Shown here one piece after another: positions 1 through 9,329 of a DNA stretch of 62,615 nucleotides. The stretch comes from Bacteroidota bacterium (GTDB lineage Bacteria > Bacteroidota > Bacteroidia > NS11-12g > UBA955). The notes under the pieces were generated by a model. It was given only the letters and a program-made list of their open reading frames with translations, was not told where the DNA came from and did not search any database. A program made the translations under genes and the position numbers. The first letter of the stretch is position 1. Every line of letters begins with the position of its first letter. The stretch spans positions 1 through 62,615 of the forward strand of contig JAIXYV010000011.1 in assembly GCA_027490055.1 (NCBI GenBank). The letters are read 5' to 3'.

Positions 1-434
1 CCTTCAATATGATCGTATTCGTGCTGAATGATACGCGCGGCCATACCGTCAAAGGTCTTAGTGTGCTCTACAAAGTCCTCATCCAGAAAACGCACTTTCA
101 CCACTGGTTTTCTCGAAACATTCTCATGGATCTTCGGAATACTCAAACAACCTTCCTCGTATTTCCATTCTTCGCCTGTCTCCTCCAGAATCTGTGCATT
201 GATAAAGGTTTGCTTAAAGCCCTCTGGTTGAATGCCATCAATATGACTGCCATCAATCACAAACAAACGAATTGATAATCCAATTTGTGGCGCTGCCAAA
301 CCTATGCCATCACTTTCGTACATGGTGGTATACATATTGGCAATTAAGTTCTTTAAGTCGGGATAAGTGGCGTCGATATCAAGGGCTTTTTTTCTTAAAA
401 CCGGACTGCCGTAGGCGTAAATTGGTAAAATCAT
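1..434 (-). CDS. def: Peptide deformylase (partial, runs off the left edge; absent from the ORF track)
   Basis: Manual translation from the ATG at 434 gives [16 protein letters not shown]...[10 protein letters not shown]...EEGCLSIP...[10 protein letters not shown], containing all three PDF motifs. ATGA overlap with the ruvX stop. Confidence 0.96.
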   Translation of the reverse strand, partial: MILPIYAYGSPVLRKKALDIDATYPDLKNLIANMYTTMYESDGIGLAAPQIGLSIRLFVIDGSHIDGIQPEGFKQTFINAQILEETGEEWKYEEGCLSIPKIHENVSRKPVVKVRFLDEDFVEHTKTFDGMAARIIQHEYDHIE

Positions 435-841
435 TGTGTTTCTAAATACGATTGCAAAATTAAGGCAGCAGCCACTGTATCTACAAGTTTTTTATTTCGT
501 CTGTCAGATTTCTTGTATCCGGCATCAATTAAAGTCTGCTTCGCCATTCTGCTGGTAAGGCGTTCATCGATGTTAACTACAGGTATTCCGGGGAAGAGTT
601 CGTGCAGCTTTTTCTGAAACTCACGCACCGATTCACTCGAATCTGTGTCGCCACCAGCCAGTGATTTAGGCTCGCCCAATACAAATAATTCGACTGTCTC
701 GCGAGCGACATAGGCTTTTAAATAATCGAAGATCTTATTGTTGTCTATCGTCTCGAGCGGCTGAGCAAACATCTTCAACGGATCTGTCACTGCAATTCCA
801 ACCCTTCTGCTCCCATAATCTATCGCTAAAATTCTGCCCAT
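431..841 (-). CDS. ruvX: Holliday junction resolvase-like / pre-16S rRNA nuclease YqgF
   Basis: [20 protein letters not shown] and [14 protein letters not shown] motifs. Confidence 0.95.
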   Translation of the reverse strand: MGRILAIDYGSRRVGIAVTDPLKMFAQPLETIDNNKIFDYLKAYVARETVELFVLGEPKSLAGGDTDSSESVREFQKKLHELFPGIPVVNIDERLTSRMAKQTLIDAGYKKSDRRNKKLVDTVAAALILQSYLETQ

Positions 842-899
842 TTTTTATTCCGCAATTTCAGTATTTTTAATCACTAAAAAAAAGTAATTTCGCGCAATC

Positions 900-2132
900 A
901 TGGAATTAATAAATGGCAGATACCACATTGATGGTGTGGATGTTTTGAAAATTGTTGAAGAATTTGATTCGCCTGTGTATGTATACAGTGCCGAAACAAT
1001 GAAAAATCAGTTCGAAAAGTTGAATAATGCTTTCCCTGGTGTGAAGCTGGGCTTGCATTATGCTTGTAAGGCGCTTTCTAACATTACCATTCTTAAATAC
1101 ATGAAACAATTAGGCACTGGCTTAGATGCGGTGTCTATTCAGGAAGTGCATCTGGGACTAAAAGCTGGCTACGAGCCTGATCAAATACTTTACACGCCGA
1201 ATGGGGTTAGTATGGAAGAAATTGATATGGCCGTAAAACTGGGCGTTAAAATCAATATCGATAATATCTCTATTCTCGAGCAATTTGGCGCTAAATACGC
1301 CAATAGCGTGCCGGTTTGTATTCGCGTGAATCCGCATATCCTGGCAGGTGGTAACCACAAAATTTCTACCGGTCACATCGACTCTAAATTTGGTATTTCA
1401 TACTACCAGCTGCGCCACGTGGCCAGAGTGGTGAAACTCTACCGCATTAACGTTGAAGGTCTGCACATGCACACCGGTAGCGATATCCTCGATGCAGAAG
1501 TGTTTATCAGAGGCGCTGAATTGTTATTTGATGCGGCTCAGGATTTTGAAGATTTAAAGTACATGGACTTCGGCTCAGGCTTCAAAGTGGCCTACAAAGA
1601 AGCAGATATCACTACCGATATCAATGATATCGGCGGTAAAATCGCCAGCAGATTCAAAGAATTCTGTCAGCAATACGGTCGCGAACTCGAGCTGTGGTTC
1701 GAGCCCGGAAAATTCCTGGTCAGCGAATCTGGCTATTTCCTCGTTAAGACCAATGTGGTAAAACAAACCACCAGTACCATGTTTGCCGGTGTAGATAGCG
1801 GACTGAATCATTTAATTCGTCCGATGCTCTACGATGCCTACGATAAAATTACGAATGGCAGCAATCCAACAGGCACCGAAAGGATTTATGCCGTGGTAGG
1901 ATATATCTGCGAAACCGACACTTTCGGTTGGGACAGAAAACTGAACGAGGTACGCGAAGGCGATATTCTTGCATTCCACAATGCAGGCGCCTACGGCTTC
2001 AGCATGGCAAGCAATTACAACTCGCGTTTCCGCCCTGCCGAAGTCTTCATCTACAACGGCAAAGCCCACCTCATCCGCCAACGCGAAACCCTCGATGACT
2101 TGCTCCGCAATCAGGTGGAGATTGATCTTTAG
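900..2132 (+). CDS. lysA: Diaminopimelate decarboxylase
   Basis: YACKA PLP lysine, SKFG, HMHTGS, EPGKFLV, CETD and GAYGFSMASNYN motifs. Confidence 0.96.
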   Translation: MELINGRYHIDGVDVLKIVEEFDSPVYVYSAETMKNQFEKLNNAFPGVKLGLHYACKALSNITILKYMKQLGTGLDAVSIQEVHLGLKAGYEPDQILYTPNGVSMEEIDMAVKLGVKINIDNISILEQFGAKYANSVPVCIRVNPHILAGGNHKISTGHIDSKFGISYYQLRHVARVVKLYRINVEGLHMHTGSDILDAEVFIRGAELLFDAAQDFEDLKYMDFGSGFKVAYKEADITTDINDIGGKIASRFKEFCQQYGRELELWFEPGKFLVSESGYFLVKTNVVKQTTSTMFAGVDSGLNHLIRPMLYDAYDKITNGSNPTGTERIYAVVGYICETDTFGWDRKLNEVREGDILAFHNAGAYGFSMASNYNSRFRPAEVFIYNGKAHLIRQRETLDDLLRNQVEIDL

Positions 2133-2139
2133 GGAAGGA

Positions 2140-2331
2140 TCTTCGATGCGTCAGCGACGCTGCAATATCATTGATATATAACGAAAGGTATTATCAGGTA
2201 AACCGGTGCCAGCGGTGCCGGTGTATCTTGCCCTCAAGAACAGTCTTCGATGCGTCAGCGACGCTGCTATATCATTAATGTGTAACGAAAGGTATTATCG
2301 GGTAAACCGGTGCCAGCGGTGCCGGTGTATC
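2140..2331. repeat. Two-copy 88-bp direct repeat (2140-2227, 2244-2331; period 104 bp) carrying REP-like hairpins
   Basis: Copies differ at 5 positions. Each holds GCGTC-AGC-GACGC and ACCGGTGCC-AGC-GGTGCCGGT hairpins. Lies between the convergent lysA and rluF genes. Confidence 0.9.
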
Positions 2332-2362
2332 ATGTAATCCCCGATTATATGCACCATACCCG

Positions 2363-3346
2363 TTAACGACCGCGTCTTCCGCCCGACTTCGGCCTACCAC
2401 CGCCACCGCCAGTTCTTTTCGGGCCGACAGACTTGCCCGCGCCGCCAGGCTTGCGGTGACTATTACTTGAATGACCGCCACTATGCCCACCTTTGAATCC
2501 CTTACCCGAATCAGACTTGCCATGATGCGCCGATTTGCCCTTGGCTTTCGCGCCCGAACCATCTGCCTTTTTATATTCAGGTTTTCTGTTCTCAGGTTTC
2601 TTTTCACTGGGTTTTTTAAAGGATTCTTTATGCGAATGCTCTACCATTTTGTGGAGCTCTGCCATTTCTTTATCTGTCAGATCCCGCCAGTCGCCCGGAG
2701 GTAATCCCTTTAAAGAAATATTCATAATCCTTACTCGCTCTAGTTTTATTACGTCATAGCCAAAATGCTCGCACATTCTGCGAATCTGTCTGTTAAGGCC
2801 CTGTATTAATGTAATCCTAAATGTTGTCGGCGATTCCATTACAACCTTACATTTCTTGGTCATAATTCCTAACATCGGTACGCCTAAAGACATGCCTAAA
2901 ATAACGGCATCTGTCAATGGTTTGTTAACGGTAACGACATATTCTTTTTCGTGCTGATTGCCGGCTCTCAGAATTTTATTGACCATGTCCCCATCGTTGG
3001 TCATGAAGATCAGTCCCTGCGAGTCTTTATCCAGTCGGCCAATCGGAAATATTCGCTTACTGTGCTTGACGAAATCAACAATATTATCTCTGATTTTTTC
3101 GGTGGTCGATACAATACCAACTGGCTTATTCAGTGCAATAAAAATAATGTCTTCTCCTTCTCTTGGTTCCAACTCATTGCCATTCACCCTAACTCTGTCG
3201 CCCACTTTCACCTGGTCGCCAATTCCGGCCTTTTTACCATTGATGAACACATTGCCACTGGCGATGTATTTATCGGCTTCGCGTCGCGAACACAAGCCGC
3301 TTTCGCTGATGAATTTATTGAGTCTTATAGAACCTGATTCTGACAT
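2363..3346 (-). CDS. rluF: 23S rRNA pseudouridine synthase (RluF-like) with a low-complexity basic C-terminal tail
   Basis: S4 domain [18 protein letters not shown], catalytic [22 protein letters not shown]. Confidence 0.9.
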   Translation of the reverse strand: MSESGSIRLNKFISESGLCSRREADKYIASGNVFINGKKAGIGDQVKVGDRVRVNGNELEPREGEDIIFIALNKPVGIVSTTEKIRDNIVDFVKHSKRIFPIGRLDKDSQGLIFMTNDGDMVNKILRAGNQHEKEYVVTVNKPLTDAVILGMSLGVPMLGIMTKKCKVVMESPTTFRITLIQGLNRQIRRMCEHFGYDVIKLERVRIMNISLKGLPPGDWRDLTDKEMAELHKMVEHSHKESFKKPSEKKPENRKPEYKKADGSGAKAKGKSAHHGKSDSGKGFKGGHSGGHSSNSHRKPGGAGKSVGPKRTGGGGGRPKSGGRRGR

Positions 3347-3732
3347 TATTTTTTTATTTTTTTAAGGGAAGCTTTTTCGGCTATGCGCATTTGTCTGTAC
3401 TTAACCAATTGTTTTATGAGAGCAACCGGAACGGGAGCATCCATCGGAATTTTTATTGTGCCTTTTGATGTTTCAAAATCTTTGAGCTCTTTGGCAAAGA
3501 ACTCAATGGGTTCGGCCCCCGGAAACAAACTGTAATGTTTGCTAAAAGCGGCAAAATGAATCAGAATACCGCCTTCTTTAAAAGTGGGCATTTGATAACT
3601 GATCACTTCTTCGGCTTTAGGCGCCACAGATAAAACGGTTTCTCTGATGGTCTGAAGCTTTGCTTGAATGGCTTCTGGCCATTGAACGATGTAGTCATCT
3701 ATCGTGTTAAATGGTTTCAGTTTGCTGTCCAT
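3346..3732 (-). CDS. DUF1801/YdhG-like protein
   Basis: TIDDYI...[15 protein letters not shown]...HYSLFP...SKGTIKIP pattern. Confidence 0.8.
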   Translation of the reverse strand: MDSKLKPFNTIDDYIVQWPEAIQAKLQTIRETVLSVAPKAEEVISYQMPTFKEGGILIHFAAFSKHYSLFPGAEPIEFFAKELKDFETSKGTIKIPMDAPVPVALIKQLVKYRQMRIAEKASLKKIKK

Positions 3733-5311
3733 TGTTGCTGGTTTTTTTGAAACGCTTTACAATAACAAATATAAGTAAGCCTATTGATATCAATGATAGT
3801 TTTCCAATCAAATTGCCATATCTGACATAAAAGGTAAGGTCAGAATACGGATTCACTGAGCAGGCAAAGGCTGTGCGCTCTTTGTATTTAGTGGCATTAG
3901 AAATTTTTCCGTAGCGATCTATGCTGGCTGAAATACCAGTATTGGCGCTTCTTACCATATCTCGTCTGGTTTCAATGCATCTAACAGAACCGAATAGTAA
4001 ATGCTGCTTGTAGCCCGGGGTGTTTCCCCACCAGCCGTCATTGGTTACTACCGCCAGTACGTTGGCGCCATCTCTGACATACTCGCAGGCATAATCGCCA
4101 AACACAGATTCGTAACAAATCAAAGGCGCTACTTTATAACCATTGTTTAATGTAAAGTTGATAGCTCTGTCGCTGGTGCCCAAACTGCCTGAAGTGCCTC
4201 CAAGGTTTATGCTCAGCTGCTCAAGAAATTCAAATGGCATCTTCTCAACACCAGGTACTAGTTTTGATTTGTGATAAAGCTCTGCTACTTTTCCCTTGCG
4301 AACATTCACAGCGGTATTGTAAAAATCAAACCACTTGTTAATGGCTGAATCGTAACGCGCCGTTAATGTTGGTCTTTCTTTTTCCTTGTGAACCATAAAA
4401 GATTCGGCTCCGGTGATGACACAGAGTTGTGTGCTATCGCTCAGCTTGCGCAATGGTTCAAATAAGAAGTTATTGTTTAGATCTGATTCGTCGTTATAAC
4501 CTGTTACAGCTGTTTCAGGGAGTAATAATAAATCTGTCTCGTCGTCTATAAATGGCTCTGCCGGCTCTAAAGCGTAGTCTAACTGAATCTCTGGATAGAG
4601 GTAGTTCATGCCATCGCCAAACTTCTCTTCATACGGATCGATATTGGGCTGCGATACTACACAGTTAATTCGGTCTCTTTTGTCTGAAGTAAATTTAGAT
4701 TGATCTATAAAAGCAATCAAATAGGAGAGTGCTCCAAAACCAAGCAAAATACCTGCAGGCATTATTAGTCGCTTGTAACGCTGTTGTATGACAATAGAGG
4801 CAATGAGTACATTGATGCTGACTATCAAAGCCGTTCCGCCCATCTCGCCTGTAAACTCGTACCACTGAATGAACCAGGGCATGGTCGATAAACCCTTGCC
4901 AAAGGTTAACCATGGCCAGGAGGCACTCCAGTTAAAATGCCAGTATTCGGTCGCCAGATAATAAAAGACAAAAGCAGGGAATGCTAATTTAGGTAATACC
5001 TGACGGGTGTGTGAAAACATCAGGAAGGGCAAACTCATGATCAATGAGTTGAGGAATAACATCATGATGCTGCCGCTCGGACTGGCATTCCAGACCCACC
5101 AGGTGGTGCCGGTATTAAATATGAAAAGCGCCAGATAGGTAAATGCCCAGAATTTTAAATGTTGTCTTTTCTGATTACTCAGTCGCTCTCTTATGATGAA
5201 CAAAGGCACCAATGCCACAAACAAAATAAAGGCTGTTGGCAATGGTGGCCAGGCCAGCATTAATAAGACGCCTGAGATCAGGCTTAATAGGATGAGGGGT
5301 AATCTATTCAT
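3707..5311 (-). CDS. lnt: Apolipoprotein N-acyltransferase
   Basis: N-terminal TM helices, QPNI, LPETA (Glu), KSKLVPGVE (Lys), ICYESVF (Cys), TNDGWW, RSANTGIS. Confidence 0.95.
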   Translation of the reverse strand: MNRLPLILLSLISGVLLMLAWPPLPTAFILFVALVPLFIIRERLSNQKRQHLKFWAFTYLALFIFNTGTTWWVWNASPSGSIMMLFLNSLIMSLPFLMFSHTRQVLPKLAFPAFVFYYLATEYWHFNWSASWPWLTFGKGLSTMPWFIQWYEFTGEMGGTALIVSINVLIASIVIQQRYKRLIMPAGILLGFGALSYLIAFIDQSKFTSDKRDRINCVVSQPNIDPYEEKFGDGMNYLYPEIQLDYALEPAEPFIDDETDLLLLPETAVTGYNDESDLNNNFLFEPLRKLSDSTQLCVITGAESFMVHKEKERPTLTARYDSAINKWFDFYNTAVNVRKGKVAELYHKSKLVPGVEKMPFEFLEQLSINLGGTSGSLGTSDRAINFTLNNGYKVAPLICYESVFGDYACEYVRDGANVLAVVTNDGWWGNTPGYKQHLLFGSVRCIETRRDMVRSANTGISASIDRYGKISNATKYKERTAFACSVNPYSDLTFYVRYGNLIGKLSLISIGLLIFVIVKRFKKTSNNGQQTETI

Positions 5312-5984
5312 CGTTTTTACCTTCTAGTATAATGACAAACTCGCCTTTAGGGGCTTTGTGTTTAAAATGGGTGAGGACTTCTGCTAAAGTACCGTTAATG
5401 GTTTCTTCGAATAACTTACTAATTTCTCTGGAGACTGATACTAAGCGCTCAGAACCCATCGTTTCGCCAAGGTCTTCGAGGGTGGTAAGTAGTTTATACG
5501 GACTTTCGTAGAGGATCATGGTACGGGTTTCGTTTTTAAGGAAATCCAATCTGGTTCTGCGACCTTTTTTAACGGGCAGAAAACCTTCGAAGACAAATTT
5601 ATCGCAGGGTAAACCGCTTTTAACTAATGCCGGTACAAAGGCCGTAGCACCTGGAAGACATTCTATAGAGATGCCCGCTTTGTTGCATTCGCGAACAATT
5701 AAGAAACCCGGATCGCTAATACCTGGTGTGCCTGCATCGGTCACTAAGCACATGGTTTTGCCTGCTTCTAACTGGTGAATGACATCTTTGTACTTGTCGT
5801 GTTCGTTGTGCGCATGGTAGCTCTGTAGTGGCTTGTCGATCTCGTAGTGCTTGAGCAAAATACCAGTGTTGCGGGTGTCTTCAGCCAGTATGATATCACA
5901 TGAGCCAAGCAGCTCAAGTGCCCTTAAAGTAATGTCTTTTAAATTGCCAACCGGTGTTGGTACCAGATATAATTTTCCCTGCAT
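5304..5984 (-). CDS. rsmI: 16S rRNA C1402 2'-O-methyltransferase
   Basis: LYLVPTPVGNLKDITLRA, AEDTR, DAGTPGISDPG, YESP, REISKLFEE. Confidence 0.96.
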   Translation of the reverse strand: MQGKLYLVPTPVGNLKDITLRALELLGSCDIILAEDTRNTGILLKHYEIDKPLQSYHAHNEHDKYKDVIHQLEAGKTMCLVTDAGTPGISDPGFLIVRECNKAGISIECLPGATAFVPALVKSGLPCDKFVFEGFLPVKKGRRTRLDFLKNETRTMILYESPYKLLTTLEDLGETMGSERLVSVSREISKLFEETINGTLAEVLTHFKHKAPKGEFVIILEGKNDE

Positions 5985-6428
5985 TTAAATGGTTTTCGCA
6001 ATATTAATATGAAATAGTCCTTTTATACCAAACAATAAAATGCTCCAGCCCAAAACCGATAATAACTGATAACGGATGATCTTGCCTTTGTCGTGTTCGA
6101 AAGAAGCACTGATGATGCAGCCAACGGGGATACTGATAATAACCGGACTAAGAATGGCGATGCCAATCAGGCCATAGCTGTTTTTCATTTTAACAAAACC
6201 ACGCAGTTTCTTGTATTTGAATTTGAAGAGATGAAATTTTGAAAGGTATTTAGATAAAACTGCACCCAAAAATGTGAAAACGAAAACACCTAAAGTGCCA
6301 CCTGAAGATACAATCAGCATGTCCCAGTACCATTCTCTCTGAGAGTTGGCCAAAAGAGGGAGGACGGCAAACAGATATTTGACGCCTGATAATAGAAACC
6401 AAATGGCTATCTCAAAAAAATCATTCAT
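5985..6428 (-). CDS. Membrane protein, small-multidrug-export-like / unknown function
   Basis: About 4 hydrophobic segments; YGLIGIAILSPVIISIPVG. Confidence 0.6.
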   Translation of the reverse strand: MNDFFEIAIWFLLSGVKYLFAVLPLLANSQREWYWDMLIVSSGGTLGVFVFTFLGAVLSKYLSKFHLFKFKYKKLRGFVKMKNSYGLIGIAILSPVIISIPVGCIISASFEHDKGKIIRYQLLSVLGWSILLFGIKGLFHINIAKTI

Positions 6429-6493
6429 TGTTTCCTGCGAAGTTACTTATAAGTTTCTTATTTCAATATCATTAATCGTTTAATTTAAAGCAT

Positions 6494-6530
6494 AAAAAAA
6501 AGCGTCACTTTTTGGGTGACGCTTTTTTTT
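6494..6530. terminator. Intrinsic terminator downstream of the S46 peptidase gene (bidirectional form)
   Basis: A8-GCGTCAC-loop-GTGACGC-T8. Confidence 0.9.
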
Positions 6531-6546
6531 ATAAAAGGTGTTATAA

Positions 6547-8763
6547 TTATTCAACCAATGTCATTTCATTGACAATATGTGATGCACCACCTAGTTTTTC
6601 AATCAGCCATAATACATAGCGAATGTCAACGTTGATGGTTCTTTTGTATTTCTCGTCAAAGTGGATATTGCCACTCATCGCTTCCCAGTTACCATCGAAG
6701 GCTAAACCAATCAGGTTACCGTTGCCATCCATAACCGGACTGCCGCTATTACCACCTGTGATGTCATTGTCTGTTAAGAAAGCAACAGGTAGTTTACCGT
6801 TTGCTAAAGCATATTTACCAAAATCTTTGTTTTTGTATAGTTCAATCATTTTGGCAGGTAAGTCGAATTCGTAGTCGCCAGCAATGTATTTCTCCATTAC
6901 ACCATCCATGGTGGTGATGTAATCGTAGTGTACCGCATCTTTCGGATTGTATGATTTAACGGTACCATAGGTAAGACGCTGACTTGAGTTAGCATCTGGA
7001 TAGAACATTCTGTTAGGCTGCATTTCCATCAAACCTTTGATGTATTTTCTGCCAAGTGCCAGTGACTGGGCTTGGAATTCAGTAACTTTAGATTTGAAGT
7101 TTGTATTGTAATTGTCGAAATGCGCTTTTAAATACGCGTAAGCTGGATCGCTTAATAGTTTTTTCAGGTTTGGTTTTTCAAAGAATTTAGCGGCTTTCTC
7201 TTTAGAAGCAAATACGCTCTTTGCAAATACCATCTCGGTGTATTTTCCAAATACTTCGTCAGCATTGCCGTTTTTGATTTTACCAGCCAGTTCTTTAAAG
7301 AATGTAGGCCACTGATCTGATGGGATGTTTTTGTAGTACATTTTCAACATGCCAGCGAAGATTTTTTTGTCAGCTGCAATGATTCTGTCATTGTAAGCTA
7401 CGTTTTTAAGATCTTCAATAAACTCTTTAGATAAAGCGCTGATGGCTTCGTCGATTTTAGCAATTTCTTTTGCTTTGTCTTCTTTTGATTTGGTTTTGTC
7501 TGCTGCAATGCTCGCTTTTTTGCTGTACATCGCTTCTAAACTCATACCAATCATACTCATTTGAATGATGGTTGGAGCAGTGATACATTCGCGCATGTAT
7601 GTGCTTTGTAAAGCATATGGTTTGTATAAAGTATAAACCTGATCTATGTCGTAAAGCAATGATTTGTATTCATCTTTGTTAGAAGCCCACTGACTGAAAG
7701 TTTTTTCTTCAGCAGATTTCTTTTCAAACACTTTGTTGTGTTTTAATTGTTCAGCTTCACCGTCGAAGAATTTCCAGTAGTTAGCAATCGAAGCATAGTC
7801 GCTGGACAGCAATAATCTTGTTGCTTCGTCCTGAACCATTTGTTCTTTCCAGGCTTTCAATCTGATGTCTCTTAAGTTAACGATATTAGGATCAACGATG
7901 TCTGTAGCAAGCGCAACACCTTGAGAAAATTCATAACGGTTAGTTCTGCCAGGGAAACCGATGATCATGGCGAAGTCACCTTCTTTGATACCTTTAGTAG
8001 ATACTGGCAGGTAGTGTAATGGTTTGTATGGTTTGTTTTGAGCATCGTATTTAGCAGGTTTGTTTTCTGTGTTAGCGTATACTCTGAACATACTGAAATC
8101 GCCAGTATGTCTTGGCCACATCCAGTTGTCAGTTTCGCCACCAAATTTACCAACGTTTTGTGGAGGTGTACCAACCAAACGGATATCGGTAAATTTCTCC
8201 ATTACGAAAAGGTAGTAGGCATTGCCTTTGAACATTTCTCTGCAGGTAGCTTCGAAATGAGTACCCTCAGTAGCTGTTTTAATTAACTCTTTGTATAGTT
8301 CCTGAATTTTGGCAGCTCTGTCTTTTTCAGCTACACCATTCAGTTTTTCCAGCATTTTGTCGGTGATATCATCCACTCTTACAACGCGGGTAATAGACAT
8401 TGGGTTTTTAGGAACACGCTCAGATGCTTTGTCTTTAGCCCAGAAACCGTTGTCAAGGATATTGTCAGCAGGTGTGCTAAGGTCGGCGATTGCATCGTAA
8501 CCGCAGTGGTGATTGGTTAAAATTAAACCTTCAGAAGAGATTAATTCACCAGTACAACCACCATTAAACCAGATACAGGCATCTTTTAAAGATGAGTGGT
8601 TAACACTGTAAAGTTGTTCAGGCGTCAGTCTAAGGCCTTTGGCTTCCATGTCTTTGTAGTTCATTTTGTCTAACAAAGACAAGAGCCACATACCTTCGTC
8701 AGCTTTAGCCAGGTTGCTTGTCAGCATCAGGGCCAGCGTAAGTAATGCGTAGATTCTTTTCAT
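6547..8763 (-). CDS. S46 family dipeptidyl peptidase (DPP7 type)
   Basis: ADEGMW after the signal peptide, TNHHC, TGGNSGSPV. AFDGN has Gly at the S1 position, as in DPP7, rather than the Arg of DPP11. Confidence 0.93.
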   Translation of the reverse strand: MKRIYALLTLALMLTSNLAKADEGMWLLSLLDKMNYKDMEAKGLRLTPEQLYSVNHSSLKDACIWFNGGCTGELISSEGLILTNHHCGYDAIADLSTPADNILDNGFWAKDKASERVPKNPMSITRVVRVDDITDKMLEKLNGVAEKDRAAKIQELYKELIKTATEGTHFEATCREMFKGNAYYLFVMEKFTDIRLVGTPPQNVGKFGGETDNWMWPRHTGDFSMFRVYANTENKPAKYDAQNKPYKPLHYLPVSTKGIKEGDFAMIIGFPGRTNRYEFSQGVALATDIVDPNIVNLRDIRLKAWKEQMVQDEATRLLLSSDYASIANYWKFFDGEAEQLKHNKVFEKKSAEEKTFSQWASNKDEYKSLLYDIDQVYTLYKPYALQSTYMRECITAPTIIQMSMIGMSLEAMYSKKASIAADKTKSKEDKAKEIAKIDEAISALSKEFIEDLKNVAYNDRIIAADKKIFAGMLKMYYKNIPSDQWPTFFKELAGKIKNGNADEVFGKYTEMVFAKSVFASKEKAAKFFEKPNLKKLLSDPAYAYLKAHFDNYNTNFKSKVTEFQAQSLALGRKYIKGLMEMQPNRMFYPDANSSQRLTYGTVKSYNPKDAVHYDYITTMDGVMEKYIAGDYEFDLPAKMIELYKNKDFGKYALANGKLPVAFLTDNDITGGNSGSPVMDGNGNLIGLAFDGNWEAMSGNIHFDEKYKRTINVDIRYVLWLIEKLGGASHIVNEMTLVE

Positions 8764-8917
8764 ATCAGAATGGAGTTATTTTTTTGTGTCGCGAATTACC
8801 GACTTTTAAATTGTAATAACAAACCTGATTCGTCTAAACGGCAGCATTTTATCGCCGAATGTCTTAATAAGTGGAGGTCTGATAGCTTACTTTGCTCTTT
8901 GCTAGTTTTTAATCTCC

Positions 8918-8925
8918 TATCTTTG
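8918..8925 (+). promoter_or_regulatory. Bacteroidota sigma-A -7 element of rnpB
   Basis: TATCTTTG 4 nt before the predicted 5' end of RNase P RNA; TTTG motifs at 8891 and 8898. Confidence 0.75.
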
Positions 8926-8929
8926 CAAC

Positions 8930-9282
8930 GGACAATCGGCTTGTCGCGTCTGGCAACAGATGAGGAAAGTCCGGGCAACACAGGGTGCCAAACCACTTGA
9001 AAGGGTGGGCGGTGTGAAGCAATGAGCACCGACAGAAAGGGTCGCAGAAAATAACCGCCGATCAGCAATGAACGGTAAGGGTGAAAATGTGAGGTAAGAG
9101 CTCACATCTCTGTGCAGTAATGTATAGAGGGGATAAACCTTTTGGGTTGTAAGGCCAAATATACCGGGGATTGAGGGTTACCCGCCCTACTGAGATTCGT
9201 CTCTGCCCCGGAGGGTAGGCTGCATTAGATAAATGACAAGCATTCGCTCAGGCGAATACAGAACCCGGCTTATAGATTGTCC
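8930..9282 (+). ncRNA. rnpB: RNase P RNA, bacterial type A
   Basis: GAGGAAAGTCCGGGC and ACAGAACCCGGCTTA conserved regions, GGGTGAAA...GGTAAGAG, P1 helix GGACAATC/GATTGTCC. Confidence 0.97.
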
Positions 9283-9296
9283 ATTTTTTTAACTTC

Positions 9297-9328
9297 AAAA
9301 AAAAGGCGCTTATTAAAGCGCCTTTTTT
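9297..9328. terminator. Bidirectional intrinsic terminator between rnpB and the M61 peptidase gene
   Basis: A8-GGCGCTT-ATTA-AAGCGCC-T6. Confidence 0.9.
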
Positions 9329-9329
9329 G

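Noticed and set aside
9-275. Plus-strand ORFs 9-275 and 28-231
   Set aside because: Antisense shadows of def, which has clear motifs on the minus strand
2140-2331. Possible CRISPR array
   Set aside because: Only two long units, the 'spacers' are near-identical, and there are no cas genes
8770-9105. ORFs 8770-9000, 8796-9068 and 8917-9105
   Set aside because: They overlap RNase P RNA and its promoter and have no protein features
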